A DNA stretch of 64,000 nt from Candidatus Melainabacteria bacterium (GTDB lineage: Bacteria > Cyanobacteriota > Vampirovibrionia > Obscuribacterales > Obscuribacteraceae), in assembly GCA_963845445.1 (NCBI GenBank), contig CAWJSE010000001.1:6684-70683 (forward strand), given 5' to 3'. Of this stretch, positions 50,857 through 61,837 are shown piece by piece. The notes beneath the pieces were generated by a model that worked only from the letters and a program-made list of their open reading frames with translations, was not told the origin of the DNA and searched no databases. The position numbers and the translations under genes were made by a program. The stretch's first letter is position 1. Each line of letters starts with the position of its first letter.

Positions 50857-51993
50857 TTGACCCAGCCACACACAAGTGTCTCATCGTCTGCTCACAACAA
50901 TAGTGAACAGAATATAGGTATTTTGGCTCTTGAAGACGGACGCTATTTTACTGGTTCTTCTTTTGGAGCTAGAGGAACCTCTGTTGGCGAATTGGTCTTT
51001 AATACCAGTATCACAGGCTACCAAGAGATTCTGACTGACCCCAGTTATGCTGGCCAAATTATTACTTTTACATATCCAGAAATAGGCAATTACGGAGCTA
51101 ATGATGAGGATCTGGAGTCTAAGAAGATTTATGCGCGAGGACTAGTAGTTAGACACTTGAGTCGCACTTCCAGCTCCTGGCGTACCCAATATTCTTTATC
51201 TGATTTTCTTATCAAACAAAATATTGTGGGCATAAGTGGTATCGATACACGAGCCATTACCAAACATATACGTGATAAAGGTGCCATGCGCTGCGCCATA
51301 AGTAATGAGGGCTTAAGTCATACTGAATTGATTGAAAAAGCTAATTCTGCTGCGCTTATGGAAGGAGCAGATTTTACTGCTGAAGTTACTACCAAAAAGA
51401 CTTATCATATGGGTAATGGCAAAAACCGTATAGCTGTGATTGATTTTGGTATAAAGTCTAATATTCTGGCTCAATTAATAAGCCATGATTTTTCCTTGGA
51501 TATTTACCCGTCGACTGTAAGTGCCAGTGAGATATTGGCTACTCGTCCGGATGGAATATTCCTCTCTAATGGACCAGGCGATCCCGCCGCTTGCCAAAAC
51601 ATCATCGAAGAAGTGAAAGCACTTATCGCTTCTAACTTACCGATTTTTGGTATCTGTTTAGGTCATCAATTGTTATCTATAGCTTTAGGAGCCAAGACTT
51701 ATAAACTCAAATTTGGACATCGCGGCGGAAACCAGCCAGTTAAAGATCTACTGACTGGCAAAGTTGAAATAACTTGCCAGAATCACGGCTTTGCCGTGGA
51801 CGAAGCATCGCTGCCGGATTCTCTGGCACTCACACATATAAATTTAAATGATAAAAGTGTTGAAGGCTTTACTCATCGTGCATTGCCTATTTTTGGCATT
51901 CAATATCATCCTGAAGCTAGTCCAGGACCTCATGATTCGCGTTATCTTTTTCAGCGTTTTTCTGACTTTATTAACGCTAACAAAAATAACTGA
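50857..51993 (+). CDS. carA: Carbamoyl-phosphate synthase small (glutaminase) subunit
   Basis: LALEDGRYFTGSSFGA, TDPSYAGQIITFTYPEIGNYG, GICLGHQLL and NHGFAV..., QYHPEASPGPHD. Confidence 0.95.
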   Translation: MTQPHTSVSSSAHNNSEQNIGILALEDGRYFTGSSFGARGTSVGELVFNTSITGYQEILTDPSYAGQIITFTYPEIGNYGANDEDLESKKIYARGLVVRHLSRTSSSWRTQYSLSDFLIKQNIVGISGIDTRAITKHIRDKGAMRCAISNEGLSHTELIEKANSAALMEGADFTAEVTTKKTYHMGNGKNRIAVIDFGIKSNILAQLISHDFSLDIYPSTVSASEILATRPDGIFLSNGPGDPAACQNIIEEVKALIASNLPIFGICLGHQLLSIALGAKTYKLKFGHRGGNQPVKDLLTGKVEITCQNHGFAVDEASLPDSLALTHINLNDKSVEGFTHRALPIFGIQYHPEASPGPHDSRYLFQRFSDFINANKNN

Positions 51994-52035
51994 TTGATGA
52001 TTAGATATTTATCAGTACCAATAATTTATTGAACT

Positions 52036-53142
52036 GTGTGTCGAAGTAGCCAGCCCAGGCTTGGCTTTGCAGAGCTAATAATTTTATTGACAATTATTAG
52101 CTGTGCCTTGTTGGCAACTGGAATAACTCTGTTATTATTAGCAAGGCTTTGGGGAGAGTTCCGTGGGAGAATTCGAGGAATAATGCCTCTGCGTTCGATG
52201 TCTCTATTATTTGTATTAATTGCTACTTGCCTTATAAGTAATAATGGTCAGGTTGTTCTGGCTATGGAGCAAACCACTACCGAGACGTCCGCTTCTTTAG
52301 AACCAAAATTATTGCTAAAACCCGGTCAAGCTATAGTTAGCGGCATGCAAACAGAAGATATTGTTGCTACATATGATGTCGCGTTGGCAAGAGAGCAAGT
52401 GAAAGCTTATCCAGATAGTCCAGAAGCTAGTTTTGTTTTAGCAGTTGCTTTAACGAGAACTAGCATGGTGGAAGAAGCACTGCACGAAGTGCGCCGGGCG
52501 CGCAAATTGGCGGAGAACAAAGGCGGCCCAGCCTATTTTGACAACATGATTAGTGAATACGAAGAAATGCTTAAGTCATACCCCAACGACAATCGCGTTC
52601 GTTATGGGCTAGCATGGGCTTACTATATGAAAGCGTATGTTTTGACGCATTATGCTCAGCCAGCAATCAAAGTAAATTCCAATACTCAAACACCTCTAAC
52701 TGGTAATGCAGCCCCCAACAGTAATTGGCACAACACCTGGGTAGCATCGCTTTCTCAACCTGAAAATGGCGATAAGCCAATAAGCAATGCAGTGGAAGCG
52801 CTCAAACCTGTGTACTTAAGTAAAAATGATTGGCGCGGGGTACCACCAGAATTAGTACCACAAGTTAAAGCATACTATGAGTGTGCGCTAGGCAAACTCG
52901 ACGAACTTCTGGTAAGAGAACCGAATGATATGTGGGCCAGATCTTATAGAACGTTTCTTTATTCCGAATACAGTGGCGACATGAAACATGCGATAGAAGC
53001 CTGGAAAAGTTGTCTGACTTTGGATCCTAATAACCCTGCAGCCTATTTTTTCCTAGGCGAAAGTTATCTGCAACAAGGGAATCTAAAGGAATGTCTGCAG
53101 AATATCTCTAAAGCAGTTGCCCTTAGATCGCTGCCAAATTAG
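52036..53142 (+). CDS. Membrane-anchored TPR-like protein
   Basis: Two N-terminal hydrophobic helices, then helical repeats (PEASFVLAVALTR..., PNNPAAYFFLGESYLQQGNLKEC); GTG start. Confidence 0.5.
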   Translation: MCRSSQPRLGFAELIILLTIISCALLATGITLLLLARLWGEFRGRIRGIMPLRSMSLLFVLIATCLISNNGQVVLAMEQTTTETSASLEPKLLLKPGQAIVSGMQTEDIVATYDVALAREQVKAYPDSPEASFVLAVALTRTSMVEEALHEVRRARKLAENKGGPAYFDNMISEYEEMLKSYPNDNRVRYGLAWAYYMKAYVLTHYAQPAIKVNSNTQTPLTGNAAPNSNWHNTWVASLSQPENGDKPISNAVEALKPVYLSKNDWRGVPPELVPQVKAYYECALGKLDELLVREPNDMWARSYRTFLYSEYSGDMKHAIEAWKSCLTLDPNNPAAYFFLGESYLQQGNLKECLQNISKAVALRSLPN

Positions 53143-53177
53143 ATTTTCCATTTTAATTCACTATTTGAGGCAAACAA

Positions 53178-53801
53178 ATGGCGCTTGCAGAATTTTTTGG
53201 TAGAAATTCCTCCAAACTTGTTGGAGCTCTCGCTATACCGGCCGTACTTATAGCATTTTGGTTTTATGCTCAAAATGAAGCTAATCAACAGGTACAAGAA
53301 TTCAACAAAGCTCAAAAAGTTCGACCAAATACAGATGAAACAACTATAACCAATTATGAATTAAAAGAAGTCGATGATAGCAATCAGGTACGTTGGCTAC
53401 TGGCGGCCAAAACTGGAGCTCTTGAGCCTGAGTCGCATGATGTAAATCTGAGCGATGTGCATGTGGATTATATGGATGGCAAAACTTTAAAGATGCGTAT
53501 CTCAGCTCCGGTTGGTCAAACGAACGAAGTTACCCGTCTGGTAAAACTTGCTAGTGTCGGCAATAAGCGGGTCAGTGCTTGTGGCGAGGAGGGCAAAGTA
53601 AAACTAGAAGCAACAAAAATTGAATTAGACAAAAAAAATCAGTTCCAAGCAGTGGGCAATGTTAACATCGTTTGGTCCAATGCAGCCAGAGTTATCGGGG
53701 ACACAGCTTTCGGCGCATTAGGTGCTAGTGGCTCCAATGATTTAAGTAATGTCAAGATTGTTGGTCATACTCATGCTTTAATTGGTTCTGTTGAGGAATA
53801 A
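53178..53801 (+). CDS. LptC-like periplasmic protein (by context)
   Basis: Single N-terminal TM (LVGALAIPAVLIAFWFYA), about 200 aa, immediately upstream of lptA-like/lptB/lptFG. No strong motif, so the call rests on synteny. Confidence 0.45.
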   Translation: MALAEFFGRNSSKLVGALAIPAVLIAFWFYAQNEANQQVQEFNKAQKVRPNTDETTITNYELKEVDDSNQVRWLLAAKTGALEPESHDVNLSDVHVDYMDGKTLKMRISAPVGQTNEVTRLVKLASVGNKRVSACGEEGKVKLEATKIELDKKNQFQAVGNVNIVWSNAARVIGDTAFGALGASGSNDLSNVKIVGHTHALIGSVEE

Positions 53802-53812
53802 TCGGTACCCAG

Positions 53813-55390
53813 ATGAAAATAAACAAACATACAAGAGCAGCTAAAAAGTCCTTAGCAAAACAATCAGCTATTAAAAAATTTATGTTTTTTATTGCTGGTA
53901 TTTGTCTAGGTTTTTTTCAAACAGTCTTTTTAACTCCTGATAGTTGTGCTCAGACAGCTGGACCCCAGGCATCAGGACCAATTGATATTCAGGCTAATGA
54001 GCAAGAGTTTTTAGACGCTATTGTTTTGGCAAAGGGTAATGTAACAGTTACTTACAAAGACAGTATCGTAAAAGCACCAGAAGCAAAGCTTTTTCGTGAC
54101 CCAAATGGACAGCCACAAAAGGCTATTTTCGTTGGACATCCGTATTTAACTCAAAATGATAACAAAATCAGCGCTGACACTCTCATTTTCGAAATTGCTG
54201 AATCGAAGTTTATTGCTCAAGGTAATGCCCATTCCGAAGTATCGTCTGAAGGAGATGCCCAGGTAGATCCTAAAGCTCCTCCTGGTAAAAGCGGCAAAAT
54301 GGAAAACAAAAAGGAGAATAAAAGTGAAGGCATTGCAAAAGGCGAAATGAATTCAAAGAATGAAGCGAATTCAAAAACTTTAGCAGCTGCAAAAGGAAGC
54401 AATAGTTCCAAACAGCCATTCGCTTGGCCACAAGCCAGTGACGATCAAAATGCTTTCCAAAAGCCTACCAATAACATTACTGCGTCCCAGCCTGGCAACA
54501 AAGTAATTGAACCTAGCAACAAAGCAAATGAATCAGGCAAAAAACCTTCAACAGATAAAACGGCTAAGGAAGGTACGCCAGAGAAGATCATTACTGATTC
54601 TGATTACCAGGAATACTCAAAAGAATCAGGTAAATTTGATGCTTCAGGACATGTACATGTTATACATGGCGAAGTATCGGTTTTTGCTGATAAATTGAAA
54701 CTTGTATATGGTAATGACGGCAAGCCAGAAACAGCCTTATTTAACGGACATGTAAATGCTTTCCAAGGCACCAACAATACTCAAGCAGAGACGGTGACAT
54801 ATTATTTGGCTACTAAGCGTTTGCAAGCCGCAGGTAATGTTCACTCGCGCATGATACAAAAACAAGATGGCTCTGAAAATAAAGGTGCCACAAACAAGAA
54901 AGTAGTAGGCGCACAGCCAAATGCAGGTGGGGCAATCGCAGCACCAAATGCCACCGGGATTCAAAGCGACGAGGATCCAATTATCGTAGTATCCGATGCT
55001 CAAGATATGAATCAGAATACTGGCAAAATGACTGCTGAAGGAAATGTGCGTGTTTATTACCAAGATATGACTGGCGCCGGACCAAAGGTATTGCTTTTGC
55101 GTAATGCCGATGGACGAGCAGAAAAGGTAATTTTTACCGAACGATCTCAAGTTTCTCAACCGGGCAAACGCTGGATTGCTGACCGCATAACAATGGCTAT
55201 AGCAACCAAAAAAATTCTAGCAGAAGGGAATACTAAGGCTTTCATTATAGGTACTCCAGGTAGACCTGCTCCTCAGGCTAACAGCGCTCTGGCTGCCCGC
55301 TCAAGCGGTAAAACTGCGTCAACGGTTGCAGTGACTGACAAGAATAAAACTAGCACCGTAGCTGGCAGCAATAAAAACGAGATTTATTAA
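53813..55390 (+). CDS. LptA/OstA-like periplasmic protein with three OstA-N-like modules
   Basis: Signal peptide, then three modules ending in ...AQGNAHS, ...AAGNVHS and ...AEGNTKA (IDIQANEQEF...GNVTVTY; VSVFADKLKLVY...; MTAEGNVRVYY...), separated by K/N/S/E-rich linkers. Confidence 0.6.
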   Translation: MKINKHTRAAKKSLAKQSAIKKFMFFIAGICLGFFQTVFLTPDSCAQTAGPQASGPIDIQANEQEFLDAIVLAKGNVTVTYKDSIVKAPEAKLFRDPNGQPQKAIFVGHPYLTQNDNKISADTLIFEIAESKFIAQGNAHSEVSSEGDAQVDPKAPPGKSGKMENKKENKSEGIAKGEMNSKNEANSKTLAAAKGSNSSKQPFAWPQASDDQNAFQKPTNNITASQPGNKVIEPSNKANESGKKPSTDKTAKEGTPEKIITDSDYQEYSKESGKFDASGHVHVIHGEVSVFADKLKLVYGNDGKPETALFNGHVNAFQGTNNTQAETVTYYLATKRLQAAGNVHSRMIQKQDGSENKGATNKKVVGAQPNAGGAIAAPNATGIQSDEDPIIVVSDAQDMNQNTGKMTAEGNVRVYYQDMTGAGPKVLLLRNADGRAEKVIFTERSQVSQPGKRWIADRITMAIATKKILAEGNTKAFIIGTPGRPAPQANSALAARSSGKTASTVAVTDKNKTSTVAGSNKNEIY

Positions 55391-55391
55391 A

Positions 55392-56183
55392 ATGACTTCT
55401 ACGATAGACATCAGAAACAGGACCGATAATGCAGCCACAACGCAGGCAGCTGTAGATGAAAATATGCTCTATGTTGATAACTTGCAAAAGAGTTATGGCG
55501 GCCGAAGAGTGGTTGATAATGTAAGTTTTACCGTTGCCAGAGGCGAAGTAGTCGGTCTTCTTGGACGGAATGGTGCTGGAAAAACTACATCATTCGATAT
55601 GGTACTAGGACTGGTTAAGCCAGAGAAAGGTCAGATAAGATTTGGACACCACGACTTAGCTAAATTGCCCATTCATGAGCGTTCACGTTTAGGTATTAGT
55701 TATCTGCCTCAAGAAGCTTCCACTTTCAGAAAACTAACTTCTGGCGACAATATCCGCTTAATTTTGCAAATGCGCAACTTCTCTAAAAAAGAACAAGACG
55801 AGAGAATCAAATATTTACTTGAACAATTTGGTCTTGAATATTTGGAAAATACTCTTTCGGTGCAATTATCCGGTGGTGAAAGACGGCGACTGGAGCTGGC
55901 TCGTTGTTTAGCCACAGAACCAAAATTTATTCTATTAGACGAGCCCTTCACCGGTATCGATCCAATTTCAATTGCCGACATTCAAGGTTTAATTAGACGA
56001 CTGAGGGATGAGTGGAATCTGGGAGTATTGCTGACAGATCACAATCCCAGGGCTACCCTTAAAATTACAGACAGAGCCTACCTGATTAGTCAGGGCAAGA
56101 TTCTTGTTGCCGGTACCTCGCATGAAGTTGCTGCGAGTCCTGTTGCCCGTAAGCAATACTTGGGAGAGGACTTCACGCTGTGA
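55392..56183 (+). CDS. lptB: LPS export ABC transporter ATPase
   Basis: GLLGRNGAGKTT, LSGGERRRLELARCLATEPKFILLDEPFTGIDP, and the H-loop TDHN. Confidence 0.9.
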   Translation: MTSTIDIRNRTDNAATTQAAVDENMLYVDNLQKSYGGRRVVDNVSFTVARGEVVGLLGRNGAGKTTSFDMVLGLVKPEKGQIRFGHHDLAKLPIHERSRLGISYLPQEASTFRKLTSGDNIRLILQMRNFSKKEQDERIKYLLEQFGLEYLENTLSVQLSGGERRRLELARCLATEPKFILLDEPFTGIDPISIADIQGLIRRLRDEWNLGVLLTDHNPRATLKITDRAYLISQGKILVAGTSHEVAASPVARKQYLGEDFTL

Positions 56184-57277
56184 TCAAGATCAGGCTGCTT
56201 GATACTTATATCGCTAATGAATTCTGGCAACCACTTTTGTTCGGTATCGGTATCGTAACTGGTGTGTGGTTCGGTGCCGATCAGTTAAAAGCGATCTTTA
56301 ACTTGGTTATGCGTTCAGGTGTGCCCTGGAACATGGCTTTCACCATCATCGGATTGCACTTACCTGAAATTATTGTTGTCACTATCCCCATTGGGGTATT
56401 GCTAGGTACCTTGCTGGTATTTAATCGTTTGAGCGGAGACTCTGAAATTATTGCTCTTAGAACGAGTGGAATTAGTTTTTATCGCATCATGGTTGCACCA
56501 CTGCTGTTCGGCTTAGCTACCAGTTTCGTTAGCTTCGGCATAAACGAAGTGATAGTACCTGTTGCCAATCGTACTTCTAAAAAACTTGAGTTTCTGGCAC
56601 TCTATAAATCTGAAATGCCTGGCGGACAAGCTAATTTCACTTATATGGACCGAGGTAAAAATCTGTCTTTAAATCGCGTTTTTTATATTGGCTATTACAA
56701 TGAAAGCCAGATGCAAAATGTAATTATTTTAGATTTTACTCGTGACAAATTAGTGCAGATAATTTGTGCTGCCACAGGCATGTGGAGTCGCGGTGAATGG
56801 GTATTAAACAAAGGCCGTACTTATGTTGTGTCTGGAGATAGTGATATAACGAGGATAATGCGCTTTGATAATTTGACTCTTCCTGGTATTAAAAATGCCC
56901 AGAAAGCCTTGGACAACAGTACTGTTTCGCCCAAAGAAATGAACATGCTTGAATTATCTCGTCACGTAGATATTCTCAAAGACTCAAACGCTGTCACTAA
57001 TGATTTGCTAGTTAGGCTTTATCAGAAAATAAGTCAGCCACTTGCTTGTTTGATCGTTGCCTTAGCCGGAGCACCTTTAGGACTATTGGCAAGACGCTCG
57101 CGCAGCAATATAGGATTAATTTATAGCGCGGTAGTGGTGTTCTTGTATTATGTCTTGCAATCAAGCTCTGGAGCCTTAGGGGAAGCAGGACGCATCTCAC
57201 CTATGCTGGCAGCCTGGATGCCAAATATAGTAATTGGGATACTTGGAACTATCATTCTCTATTTCCGCGGCAAATAG
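56180..57277 (+). CDS. LptF/LptG-family permease (YjgP/YjgQ)
   Basis: LLDTYIANEFWQPLLFGIG, SGDSEIIALRTSGISFYRI, a periplasmic insert, then C-terminal TM helices. It overlaps lptB by 4 nt (GTGA). Confidence 0.85.
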   Translation: MIKIRLLDTYIANEFWQPLLFGIGIVTGVWFGADQLKAIFNLVMRSGVPWNMAFTIIGLHLPEIIVVTIPIGVLLGTLLVFNRLSGDSEIIALRTSGISFYRIMVAPLLFGLATSFVSFGINEVIVPVANRTSKKLEFLALYKSEMPGGQANFTYMDRGKNLSLNRVFYIGYYNESQMQNVIILDFTRDKLVQIICAATGMWSRGEWVLNKGRTYVVSGDSDITRIMRFDNLTLPGIKNAQKALDNSTVSPKEMNMLELSRHVDILKDSNAVTNDLLVRLYQKISQPLACLIVALAGAPLGLLARRSRSNIGLIYSAVVVFLYYVLQSSSGALGEAGRISPMLAAWMPNIVIGILGTIILYFRGK

Positions 57278-57368
57278 CTTCAAAGCCTTTAACCTTGCTC
57301 CTCTTGACTATAGCAGCGAATTGCTTTAGTCTTTCAGACGGTGGGATTGTTAGTGGAAATCATCATTC

Positions 57369-58840
57369 TTGAACAGTAATTCATCTTCTCAAAATATGCC
57401 CAGACCGGCTAATCCTATGCTTAGACTGGCAGGACTTTGTCTTCTCTTAGTGGCGTTTTCTGTCACTTGCTGGCTGCTAGACAGCTCCAATATATTTACT
57501 TCGCCTAATCAAACCTTGGCGGACCTTAATGCATCTTTGAGAGCATCTAGCAAAGAATTAGCAAAGCGATGGAACAATTTATTGGGGCATGCCGATGCTA
57601 ATTTGATACCAAACAGAACTCTCAATGAGCCAACAGCTTTTTATAGAATGAGTGATCCTGTCAGAGGAGCCAGCTGGCAAACAATTATGCCGACTATAGA
57701 AGCTTTAAATAAACAAAATGACCAAAGGAAAAATGAGCCCTCTTATCATAATCAATTAGGTATCCTATACGCCCAAATAGGCGATTTTGGCAGGGCCATA
57801 CAACATTTAAATCAAGCTGTGTCTCTATGTCGACAAGAATTGCTGTCTTTAGCCGCAACAACAAAACAGAACAATAATTTGAATTTAAATGTCAAAAAAA
57901 CAAACAAAAAAGCTAATGCCCATATAACAGATTGCTCAGCAATTTACTTACAATTAAATTGTGCTTACATCAATTTGGCACGCATTTATGACAAGTTGGG
58001 AGACCATAATCAAGCCATATCCATGCTTAATGAACTAAAGAACGGAATTCCTTTTTCCGGCAATAGTCCTGCCTCGATTAGTACCAGTAGAAAAATTGCA
58101 CCAAAAGCCAGAAGCAATTGTCTCGGCAGCAGAACACTGACTGAAAGTGAAGCAGTTATTCTGGCCAGAGCAGATGCTTTACGTTATGTTGGACGCTTTC
58201 CAGAAGCTGTAGCGGAATATCTCAAACTCATAAGCCTCAACCCTAGATTGGCTGTTGCTCATCAAAGATTAGGATTAGCTGCTGTAAGCGACCACAATTT
58301 TGCATTGGCAATAAATGAATTACAACAAGCTGCACAACTAGATAAAAGCAATCCAGATACTCAAAATGACCTGGGATTGGTCTATCAGCAAATCGGCGAT
58401 TATAAATCTGCCCAACAGTCTTTTATGACTGCTCATAAAATTGATCCCAGACACTTAGACGCCGCCATCAATCTAGCCAATTCGTTGGCTGCTAGTGGCA
58501 ATTATAAGTCGGGAATAGCGATTATGAGTCAAGCCACTGCTTATTATCCTGCTTCTGCTATAGCTCATAATAACTTGGCCACTCTGCTTGCTCGTATAAA
58601 CAAACCGACGCAAGCAGCAAAAGAATTTGCTAAAGCGATAAATCTAAAGCCGACTTTAGCCTCTGCACATTATGGGCTGGGTATAGCGCTGCTTAAGTTG
58701 AAATCTTACCAGCCGGCAGAAAAGAGTTTCATGCTGCCATGACTCTTGAACCAGGTATTCTCGATTTACAAAATAAAATCAATCTTGCCAATAGATGCAA
58801 TTTAAGAACCCTGGCATACACCCAACACCTACTCAATTAA
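57369..58840 (+). CDS. TPR-repeat protein (frame-shifted as assembled)
   Basis: N-terminal anchor and multiple TPR units (HNQLGILYAQIGDFGRAIQHL, AHQRLGLAAV, NDLGLVYQQIGDYKSAQQSF...). One extra A in A4 58720-58723 continues ...AEKEFHAAMTLEPGILDLQNKINLANRC to TAA 58838-58840. Confidence 0.7.
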
Positions 58841-58915
58841 GATTGGACATTTGTATTCCAGACCGAAATTAATTGCCAAGTATGCCACTGCCTACAGTGA
58901 TAGTTTACAATAGAA

Positions 58916-59563
58916 ATGTCATTTTTAAGGAGACTTGCTGTGCCCGTTACTCATGAAGAATTGGTACTTTTACAGGCTCAAATGGAAGGACTAGAGTCGA
59001 TTTTTTTTGAACTCTATCCCTTTGGAGTCGAACTTAAAAGACAGCAAGTTCAAGACTATTACAATGAAAGATTTAATTCAGTCACCCAGGCACAAGTGTC
59101 TGTAGCTCGGGGCGAATTAAGACGCAATTTTAATACCAGAGCGAATCAAGTGCGCAATTTAGTCGACTCGGCTGAATCAATCGGAGACGTCACAAATAGG
59201 CTTAATTTGATCATTGCAGCGGCTTGCCTTCCTCAAGAACGGAGTAAGCCCCTTGACCCAACCATACTAAGTTTTTGTGAAAATCTAATATTTCAAAATA
59301 AAATAGATCCTATTGTCTTGGACAAATTGCTGGTAAGTACATTGTTGAAAGGTTCTGAAGCTAGGATATTGCTGGCTTGTGCCATGTTCTGCGGCAGTGT
59401 TCAAATCGATAGAGGAGGCACTCTAATCTCAATACAAGAACTTCTAGCAAGCATGATCACGATTGCAAAAACCAAAGATTTATTGCCTCATAATGATCCT
59501 TTTTACACTGAAGCTTTATATTTTTTAGAAGGAATGTCCGAGGATGGTAGTGTTTACAAGTAA
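58916..59563 (+). CDS. Hypothetical protein
   Basis: 215-aa ORF; no recognisable motif. Confidence 0.4.
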   Translation: MSFLRRLAVPVTHEELVLLQAQMEGLESIFFELYPFGVELKRQQVQDYYNERFNSVTQAQVSVARGELRRNFNTRANQVRNLVDSAESIGDVTNRLNLIIAAACLPQERSKPLDPTILSFCENLIFQNKIDPIVLDKLLVSTLLKGSEARILLACAMFCGSVQIDRGGTLISIQELLASMITIAKTKDLLPHNDPFYTEALYFLEGMSEDGSVYK

Positions 59564-59747
59564 TAGCAATAGTATTTCTTGGCAACCTACTGTATCAGCA
59601 ATGTGAACTATTGCAAGCTTGATCAAGAAATTTGCTCATAAAATTGCATATATCCTTAATATAATGACTTAATGCCCTAATAAAATTTGGCTCTTACTCA
59701 ATATTGCCCAAGCAAGGTACTTTTTAGTAAACGAATGATAGTGCGGT

Positions 59748-60653
59748 ATGGAAACTAATATACTCTTAGCAGAAAAAATACAAAGGAATAAGCCATTCGT
59801 GCTGGCGACGCGAATAATCACCATTCTTGGGCTTATAATTGCTCTTTTGCATTCGTTTAGTTCCCCTCTTGTAGCCGAGGCAAGTTTTCTAAAAGGAAAA
59901 TCCAAAAATCCTGACGACAATGCTCAAGCGAATACAGCTAACTCCGCAGATGATGAATCAAAATCAAAACAGACCAGTGATTCAGACGGACAGTTTGCTC
60001 CGATTGCTAAAAACAGTGTCACCAAGAATATGCCTTATGCTGATGGGGCAGTAAAACATTATAATCACGGTGTTGAATTACACCAAGCCGGCTTCCTAAA
60101 TCAAGCGATTGGAGAGTATAAAGAGGCTATTGCAGCCGATAATCGCATGGAAGAGGCTTTCAGCAATTTAGGCATTATTTATGCCGCTCAGCACAATTAT
60201 CCAAAGGCCAAGGAAGCCTTTGAAGAAGCTCTACGCCTAAAACCCAATCGCCCGACCACCTTAAATGGATTGGGGACAGTCATTTATGCGCAGGGAGAAA
60301 CTACTCAGGCAATGGAAAAGTGGCAAGAAGCCTTAGCTGCAGATCCCAAATTTGCTTCTGCTTATTACAATATGGGTAATGCCTACGAAGGGCAAAAGAA
60401 TTACGCCCAGGCAAAAACGTGCTATCTAAAGGCGATTGGTGTTCTGCCGAATATGGCTGATGCTTATTTTCGCTTAGGCAATATTTTAAGCAAGGAGCAT
60501 CATTTGTCTCAGGCAGAGCTTCTCTTAAGCAAATCTGTTGAATTAAGCCCTGATGGCGAATTCGTACGCGAAGCCAAACATTCTATAAATGCAATTGAGA
60601 ACCGGTTTGAAAAGACTAAAGTAAAAAATCCACTGGTCCGCAAAAAACAGTAA
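59748..60653 (+). CDS. TPR-repeat protein with N-terminal anchor
   Basis: Hydrophobic RIITILGLIIALLH, then four or five TPR units (AIGEYKEAIAADNRMEEAFSNLGIIYAAQHNYPKAKEAFEEALRLKPN...). Confidence 0.7.
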   Translation: METNILLAEKIQRNKPFVLATRIITILGLIIALLHSFSSPLVAEASFLKGKSKNPDDNAQANTANSADDESKSKQTSDSDGQFAPIAKNSVTKNMPYADGAVKHYNHGVELHQAGFLNQAIGEYKEAIAADNRMEEAFSNLGIIYAAQHNYPKAKEAFEEALRLKPNRPTTLNGLGTVIYAQGETTQAMEKWQEALAADPKFASAYYNMGNAYEGQKNYAQAKTCYLKAIGVLPNMADAYFRLGNILSKEHHLSQAELLLSKSVELSPDGEFVREAKHSINAIENRFEKTKVKNPLVRKKQ

Positions 60654-60668
60654 GCATCCTGAGTTGCC

Positions 60669-61228
60669 ATGCCAGAAATAGAGTCAAAACTAGATAAACT
60701 GGCCCGCATTATAGATGGACAAGTAATGGTAAACCCTGCAGGTTTAAAAGTTTGCATTAAGGGCATTGTGGCTGGGTTTCCTGCTAGGCTGGAGGCTGTC
60801 CAGGCTACTTATCCCTTTGGTGTCAGCTATTATTTGGAGACGAACCATTTTTCAAGTGCACCATCAAGAGCTGAGTCATTTAAACTTGTTATTATGCCGA
60901 AATATGCCCGCGGTCCATTATCGGTAATTACTCGCTTTCTTTTTTCGAAAGACAAGGGCAAAAGATGGATCTACCTGCTCTAGATTCAGCTTTTATTTTC
61001 AAATTCGATCATCCTATACTAGCAAAAATGTTTGCTCATCATGAGGGTGTAGCTGAAATTATTCAGAAACTCCAGGAGCAAGAGCATTTTAGTGAAATGG
61101 TGATTAACTCTAGTGCGGGACTATACTTGGCTCAACCCACACCATTCGGTGCCCTAGATCTAGAGCAATGCAAAGAAACTTTCAATTTACTGGCAAACTT
61201 AGGACAGGTATTATTCGAAGCTTTTTAA
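60669..61228 (+). CDS. Hypothetical protein (frame-shifted as assembled)
   Basis: ORFs 60669-60983 and 60965-61228 overlap. One extra A in A4 60960-60963 gives ...FSKDKGKKMDLPALDSAF... Confidence 0.4.
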
Positions 61229-61392
61229 TAGTAAATGCCGGCATTAAATTTAGGGCGGTTCTGCTTAAATTCGACCCAAAAGATAACGAATTTACTAGAT
61301 TTCCGGGCAATATTGTTGTCATATGATAGATTAAGGACGATAATTGTAATTAGAATTCTTCCGGGTCATAATTAGAAAAGTGCCCAAAAGGC

Positions 61393-61794
61393 ATGGTTAC
61401 AATCAATGTTCCGGAAAAACCAGCAAAATATGAGGTAAGAAAGATGGCAGACATGAGTACTCAAGCTAACCCAACAGTTGTGGGTGTTTCCGAAGCCGCT
61501 GCTGAAGAAATTAAAAGATTACTTCCTAACGAGCAAGGCAAAACCGGGCTAAGACTAGAAATAAAGGGTGGCGGTTGCTCTGGAATGTCGTATGGACTAA
61601 CCTTTGATAACATTCGCGAGAGCGATCACACAGTCGAAAGTCATGGGGTTAAAGTTTTTATTGATCCTAAAAGTGCAATTTATCTCAAAGGATCAGTACT
61701 AGACTTCCAAGGTGGCTTAGAAGGACATGGCTTTGTAATCAAAAATCCACAGGCTAAAGGCAGCTGTGGCTGTGGACAGTCCTTTAACGTTTAG
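61393..61794 (+). CDS. erpA: A-type iron-sulfur carrier (IscA/ErpA/HesB family)
   Basis: LRLEIKGGGCSGMSYGLTFD and C-terminal GSCGCGQSFNV. The true start may be an internal Met. Confidence 0.85.
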   Translation: MVTINVPEKPAKYEVRKMADMSTQANPTVVGVSEAAAEEIKRLLPNEQGKTGLRLEIKGGGCSGMSYGLTFDNIRESDHTVESHGVKVFIDPKSAIYLKGSVLDFQGGLEGHGFVIKNPQAKGSCGCGQSFNV

Positions 61795-61837
61795 GCTTAA
61801 ACGCTCCAAACAATATAATGGAAATGAATAGCTTCCT

